A stretch of 32,000 nt of DNA from Zymomonas mobilis subsp. mobilis ATCC 10988 (GTDB lineage: Bacteria > Pseudomonadota > Alphaproteobacteria > Sphingomonadales > Sphingomonadaceae), in assembly GCF_000175255.2 (NCBI RefSeq), contig NC_017262.1:1710001-1742000 (forward strand), written 5' to 3'. The notes under the pieces were generated by a model. That model was not told where the DNA came from. It ran no database searches and saw nothing but the letters and a program-made list of their open reading frames with translations. Every line of letters starts with the position of its first letter. The first letter of the stretch is position 1. Below are positions 27,517-32,000 of this stretch, in pieces. The translations under genes were made by a program, and so were the position numbers.

Positions 27517-29532
27517 CTAGTGGTCGAGGAAGCTCCGCATCTTCCGTGAACGAGAAGGATGTTTCAGTTTCCGAAGCGCTTTTGCTTCGATCTGACGAAT
27601 ACGTTCGCGGGTAACCGAGAATTGCTGCCCGACTTCTTCCAAAGTATGATCGGTATTCATCCCGATACCAAAGCGCATCCGCAAAACACGTTCTTCACGC
27701 GGGGTCAGGCTGGCCAAGACACGGGTGACCGTTTCTTTCAAATTGGCCTGAATAGCGGCATCGACCGGAATAATGGCGTTTTTATCTTCGATAAAGTCAC
27801 CGAGATGGCTGTCTTCTTCATCACCAATAGGCGTTTCGAGACTGATCGGCTCTTTCGCGATTTTCATAACCTTGCGTACTTTTTCAAGCGGCATGGAAAG
27901 ACGCTCAGCTAATTCTTCCGGCGTCGGTTCGCGACCGATTTCATGCAAGATTTGGCGACTTGTCCGAACCAGCTTGTTGATCGTTTCGATCATATGCACT
28001 GGAATACGGATGGTTCTTGCCTGATCGGCAATAGAACGGGTGATCGCCTGACGAATCCACCAAGTGGCGTAGGTCGAGAATTTATAACCGCGACGATATT
28101 CAAATTTATCGACCGCCTTCATCAAACCGATATTGCCTTCCTGAATAAGATCAAGGAACTGCAAACCGCGATTGGTGTATTTTTTGGCAATAGAGATAAC
28201 CAAACGCAGATTGGCTTCAACCATTTCGGTTTTAGCGATGCGGGCTTCTCTTTCGCCTTTTTGCACCATGGTCACAATACGACGTAATTCTTTTAACGTC
28301 ATACCGGTGACTTGGGCGATTTCGGCTACTTCCGACCGGATGCGTTCGATGCTTTCGGCTTCACTCGTCGTGAAGTTAGCCCATTTTTTGTCGATTTTTG
28401 AAACGCGTTCGACCCAGCCTTCTTCCATTTCATTGCCCAAATAGGCATTGAGGAAAGAATCACGCGGCACTTTATAACGTTCTGCCAGACGCAACATCTG
28501 ACCATTCAGCGTTCTAAGACGGCTGTTATAGTTATAAAGCTGTTCAACCAAAAATTCGATACGAGCGTTATGGAATTTGACGCTTTCAACTTCTGCGGTC
28601 AGCTCTTCTCTAAGCTGCTGATAGGCGTTTTCCTGATCCTCTGGAAATTCTTCATTCGCGCCTAAAGCCCGCATCCGTGCATTCTGAAGAACCGAGAATT
28701 GGCGGTAAAGATCAGCAATTTTGGCAAATTTTTCTAAAGAAGCCGGCTTAAGCTGTTCTTCCATTTGCGCCAGAGACAAGGTGTTTTCATCTTCCTCGTC
28801 CATATTCTCACGCTGGATGCGCTGACCGTTTTCGTCTAGCTCGCCTTCGCTGTCATCATCTTCATCATCATCTTCTTTGAAGGTCGGGCCCGCATTCCGC
28901 TCGGAAATTTCGTTGTCGTTATCATCGCCGTCTTCCTCGAATTGATCGGGGGAGGGGCCTTGGGTCAACATCGCATCCAGATCAATGATTTCACGCAATT
29001 GTAGCGTGCCTTCATTCAGAGCATTCGACCATTCGATAATGTTGTCAAAAGTAATCGGGCTTTCGCAAAGCCCTAAAATCATGGTGTCGCGACCGGCTTC
29101 GATCCGCTTGGCGATCGCAATTTCACCTTCACGGCTCAAAAGCTCGACCGCACCCATTTCGCGGAGATACATACGCACCGGATCATCTGTCCGGTCGGAT
29201 GTTTCTTTCTTGGTCGTAATGGCCGGAGCCGGAGAAGTGCCACCGTCGCCCTGAAGCTCTTCGGCTGCGTCTTCTTCTTCCTGCTGACCATCCTCGCCGC
29301 TATCTTCATTTTCGACGATATTGATGCCCATTTCCGAAAGGGCAGACATAATATCTTCGATCTGTTCCGAAGACATCTGGTCCTGTGGAAGAGCTTCATT
29401 CAGCTGGTCATAGGTTACATATCCGCGCTTTTTGGCTTGCGTTATGAATTTACGGATCGACGTTTCATTCAAATCGATCAGCGGCGCATCACCGGCATTT
29501 TTTTTCGCTTCAGCCGTAGTCGTCTCTGCCAT
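27517..29532 (-). CDS. rpoD: RNA polymerase primary sigma factor (sigma-70)
   Basis: [106 protein letters not shown], region 4.2 [23 protein letters not shown]. Confidence 0.98.
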   Translation of the reverse strand: MAETTTAEAKKNAGDAPLIDLNETSIRKFITQAKKRGYVTYDQLNEALPQDQMSSEQIEDIMSALSEMGINIVENEDSGEDGQQEEEDAAEELQGDGGTSPAPAITTKKETSDRTDDPVRMYLREMGAVELLSREGEIAIAKRIEAGRDTMILGLCESPITFDNIIEWSNALNEGTLQLREIIDLDAMLTQGPSPDQFEEDGDDNDNEISERNAGPTFKEDDDEDDDSEGELDENGQRIQRENMDEEDENTLSLAQMEEQLKPASLEKFAKIADLYRQFSVLQNARMRALGANEEFPEDQENAYQQLREELTAEVESVKFHNARIEFLVEQLYNYNSRLRTLNGQMLRLAERYKVPRDSFLNAYLGNEMEEGWVERVSKIDKKWANFTTSEAESIERIRSEVAEIAQVTGMTLKELRRIVTMVQKGEREARIAKTEMVEANLRLVISIAKKYTNRGLQFLDLIQEGNIGLMKAVDKFEYRRGYKFSTYATWWIRQAITRSIADQARTIRIPVHMIETINKLVRTSRQILHEIGREPTPEELAERLSMPLEKVRKVMKIAKEPISLETPIGDEEDSHLGDFIEDKNAIIPVDAAIQANLKETVTRVLASLTPREERVLRMRFGIGMNTDHTLEEVGQQFSVTRERIRQIEAKALRKLKHPSRSRKMRSFLDH

Positions 29533-31419
29533 CTAGCCTTCATCCACCCTTGTTCTAAGCTCGAACTCCATGCCGAGCATATAACGTCGTTCCTGAAAAT
29601 CAGCACGGCGTTTACGGTGTAACGCCTGCGCTGCCTCAAACTTTGCATAATCAGCTATCAGGCGTTCTTCTGTGAATACCTGCTTAAGCTGTTGTTCTTC
29701 AGTTGCTAATTCTCTCTCTTCAACCACGAGATCAATGAGAGCAACTAAACTTTCAATCGCTAAATCCGGCGCAATATCAGGCCGTGTAAAAGGAAAGCGT
29801 AAATCTTTTTTTATGTCCCATGTGTCAATGTCCACATTGGCGTCAGCTTTCAATATGGCTTTGATTGTGTCTCTATCAAGATCTGGTTCACTAATGACGG
29901 CTGTTATCAGCGTCTCGCGCCATTTTTTCAGCTTGGGATCGGTAACCGCCAGCTCTGCCAGTCTTTCCAGTCGCTGCTTTATCGCTTCGGGATAGAGGCT
30001 AAGTCCAATTAAAATCTGGCGGCTATATTGGCATTCAAGATCAGAAATAGTCGGCGTGGGAAGATCAGATAGCGTGACCGTCGCTGCTATTGTAGTCTGA
30101 CTGTCCTGCTGTTTTTTACTTTTCCACCCGAAATTCTCGTAGAAGAGATTTTTAAAATTGCTGCGATAACCACGGGCAATAAATTCATCACGGCAGGAGG
30201 CTGCTAATTCGTCCAGTCTTTTGGATAAAGCGGCACGCCCTTCTGGTGACCGCGGATCAATCTGGGAAGCTTCAAAGCGGTATAATAACCGATCAAGAGC
30301 AATCGGGCGGGATAAAACCTCTTCAAAAGCAGATTTTCCCTGTTCCTTGACCAAGTCATCAGGGTCTTTCCCATTGGGCAGGGTCACAAAAGACAGGGTC
30401 TTACCGGGGCGCGCCTGAACAAGGGCGCGTTCAGCCGCTCTGACAGCGGCTTTCTGTCCGGCTGAATCGCCATCAAAACAAAGAATCGGCTTGTCTTCTA
30501 TCCGCCACAGCCGTTCAATCTGATGTTCGGTTAAGGCCGTTCCCAATGGGGCAACCGCTTCGTGAATACCCGCTTGCGCTAGACCGATAACATCCAGATA
30601 GCCTTCGACAACGATAATCCGATTTTGTCGTCTCGCCGCCTGACTGGCCTTATCAATATTGTAAAGCGTGCGTCCTTTATCGAAAAGAGGCGTTTCAGGC
30701 GAATTGAGATATTTCGGGCTGTTATCGGGAAGGCTATTGCCACCCTCTATAGACTCCAGCCGCCGACCACCAAAGGCAATAACACGTCCGCGTTGGTCTT
30801 TAATCGGAATCATCAGCCGTCCGCGGAACCGGTCATAGGGATCTCGCCCTTCAACCGATATCAACAATCCAACTTCAATCAGCTTTTCAACGGCATGATG
30901 GGATAAGGCATTTTTCAACCGTCCCCGTCCATTTGGGGCAAAGCCGAGACCAAAATTTTGGGCGATGGCAGGCGAGATGCCTCTGTTATCGAGATAACGG
31001 CGCACTTCAGCGCCTTCGATACCGTGCAGCTGTTCAGAAAACCATTTCGCCGCTTCTGCCATAATATCATGCAGGGTTGCCGTTCTTTTGGCCTGTCTGA
31101 CCGCCGCCGGATTGGCTTCGGGAATATCCATACCCGCTTGGCCTGCCAATTCACGCACCGCATCCATAAAGGATAGGCCGCGCGTTTCGGTCACAAAGCG
31201 GATAGCATCGCCATGCGCACCACAGCCAAAGCAATGATAAAAACCCTTTTCATCATTGACGTAAAAGCTGGGCGTTTTCTCATTATGGAAGGGGCAACAG
31301 GCACGAAATTCCCGTCCGGCGCGGGTCAGCTTTACCGTCCGCCCAATCAGCGACGAAAGCGTAATGCGCTGGCGCAATTCATCCAGAAATTCAGGAGGAA
31401 GGAAGTGGCCGGTGGTCAT
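29533..31419 (-). CDS. dnaG: DNA primase
   Basis: CCPFHNEKTPSFYVNDEKGFYHCFGCGAHGDAIRFV zinc finger, FGLGFAPNGRGRL, VIAFGGRRLE, YLDVIGLAQAG, CFDGDSAGQKAA Toprim motif. Confidence 0.97.
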   Translation of the reverse strand: MTTGHFLPPEFLDELRQRITLSSLIGRTVKLTRAGREFRACCPFHNEKTPSFYVNDEKGFYHCFGCGAHGDAIRFVTETRGLSFMDAVRELAGQAGMDIPEANPAAVRQAKRTATLHDIMAEAAKWFSEQLHGIEGAEVRRYLDNRGISPAIAQNFGLGFAPNGRGRLKNALSHHAVEKLIEVGLLISVEGRDPYDRFRGRLMIPIKDQRGRVIAFGGRRLESIEGGNSLPDNSPKYLNSPETPLFDKGRTLYNIDKASQAARRQNRIIVVEGYLDVIGLAQAGIHEAVAPLGTALTEHQIERLWRIEDKPILCFDGDSAGQKAAVRAAERALVQARPGKTLSFVTLPNGKDPDDLVKEQGKSAFEEVLSRPIALDRLLYRFEASQIDPRSPEGRAALSKRLDELAASCRDEFIARGYRSNFKNLFYENFGWKSKKQQDSQTTIAATVTLSDLPTPTISDLECQYSRQILIGLSLYPEAIKQRLERLAELAVTDPKLKKWRETLITAVISEPDLDRDTIKAILKADANVDIDTWDIKKDLRFPFTRPDIAPDLAIESLVALIDLVVEERELATEEQQLKQVFTEERLIADYAKFEAAQALHRKRRADFQERRYMLGMEFELRTRVDEG

Positions 31420-31935
31420 TATTGTCCCATGAGACCATAAAAAAGACGGAAGGGCAGAAAAGCACTAAGGCTCTCTGCGCGGAAAAGCGATAAAACCAAA
31501 TTTTTTTGTAGAACGGGTATCTGACTTTTATACTGCCCAGACGGGTATATCTGTTTTTGTTCATCGCGCCCTTGGTTCAGGGACAACTTCCCGCAAAGCA
31601 GAGGCGGTATCAGAACAAAAAAGGAGCAGCTATAAAGAAGATATCGAATCACCCGATAATTATACCTGTTTAGCAAGAAAGTCGGGCTTTATCCAGTTGA
31701 AAAGCATTTCTCTTCCAACAGACTGAAAGATAAAAAGCGCATTTTGCGGATTTTTTGACCTTGATCGCTCTTCCGGCGGTTTTTTATCAGAAGAGAAGTG
31801 CCGGCCTTTCCAATCTAAATAGAATTTTCAGTAATAATCCTATTCTTTCAAAGCCTTAAATAGATATGCCTCTTGCCTAATTATACGTGTTTTTCTATCG
31901 ACGGTTTTCTTACATCATTTTGAGGAGGTAAAAAG

Positions 31936-32000
31936 ATGTCAGACTTCAATTTAAAAAACGAAAAATCGAATAAAATAGGCAGAATAGCCATTGTTTTTCT
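31936..32000 (+). CDS. 5' end of an unidentified CDS, truncated by the window edge
   Basis: Strong SD (gaggagg, 31922-31928) followed by ATG at 31936: MSDFNLKNEKSNKIGRIAIVF... Confidence 0.5.
   Translation, partial: MSDFNLKNEKSNKIGRIAIVF

Noticed and set aside
31419-31676. 85-aa minus-strand ORF upstream of dnaG
   Set aside because: No recognisable domain and a composition like chance translation; not supported as a gene.
1-32000. Search for mobile elements, defence systems, prophage or integron signatures
   Set aside because: No transposase, integrase, toxin-antitoxin, restriction or CRISPR-like sequence seen. The single tRNA at 180-255 has no adjacent integrase or repeated tRNA 3' end that I can see.

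Overview
The window looks like an ordinary chromosomal housekeeping segment of an alphaproteobacterium, probably sphingomonad or Zymomonas-like; this is inferred from protein character and gene order, with no database search. It contains one tRNA-Lys(TTT). Recognisable genes are mfd, recG, tyrS, anmK, a DUF4136-like lipoprotein with a Gly/Trp tract, trpS, murJ, secB, a Tim44-like gene, a small lipoprotein, mltA, an Smr-domain gene, dapE, a four-gene TonB/PepSY iron-uptake operon, engB, yidC, yidD, rnpA with a nested rpmH, comM, rpoD and dnaG. A truncated CDS starts at the right edge. I see no mobile element, CRISPR array, defence island or clearly new multi-gene system. The most interesting items are: (1) rpmH (L34, absent from the ORF track) lies wholly inside an out-of-frame 5' extension of rnpA, with start codons 7 nt apart, similar to the unusual Thermus arrangement; (2) a probable small membrane-protein gene (DUF2628-like) at 16277-16604 is split by a +1 frameshift at CCT TAA; (3) the iron-uptake operon has a Fur-box-like site and overlapping start/stop junctions throughout; (4) a long Gly/Trp tract sits inside the DUF4136-like lipoprotein; (5) several long intergenic hairpins occur at convergent gene ends.
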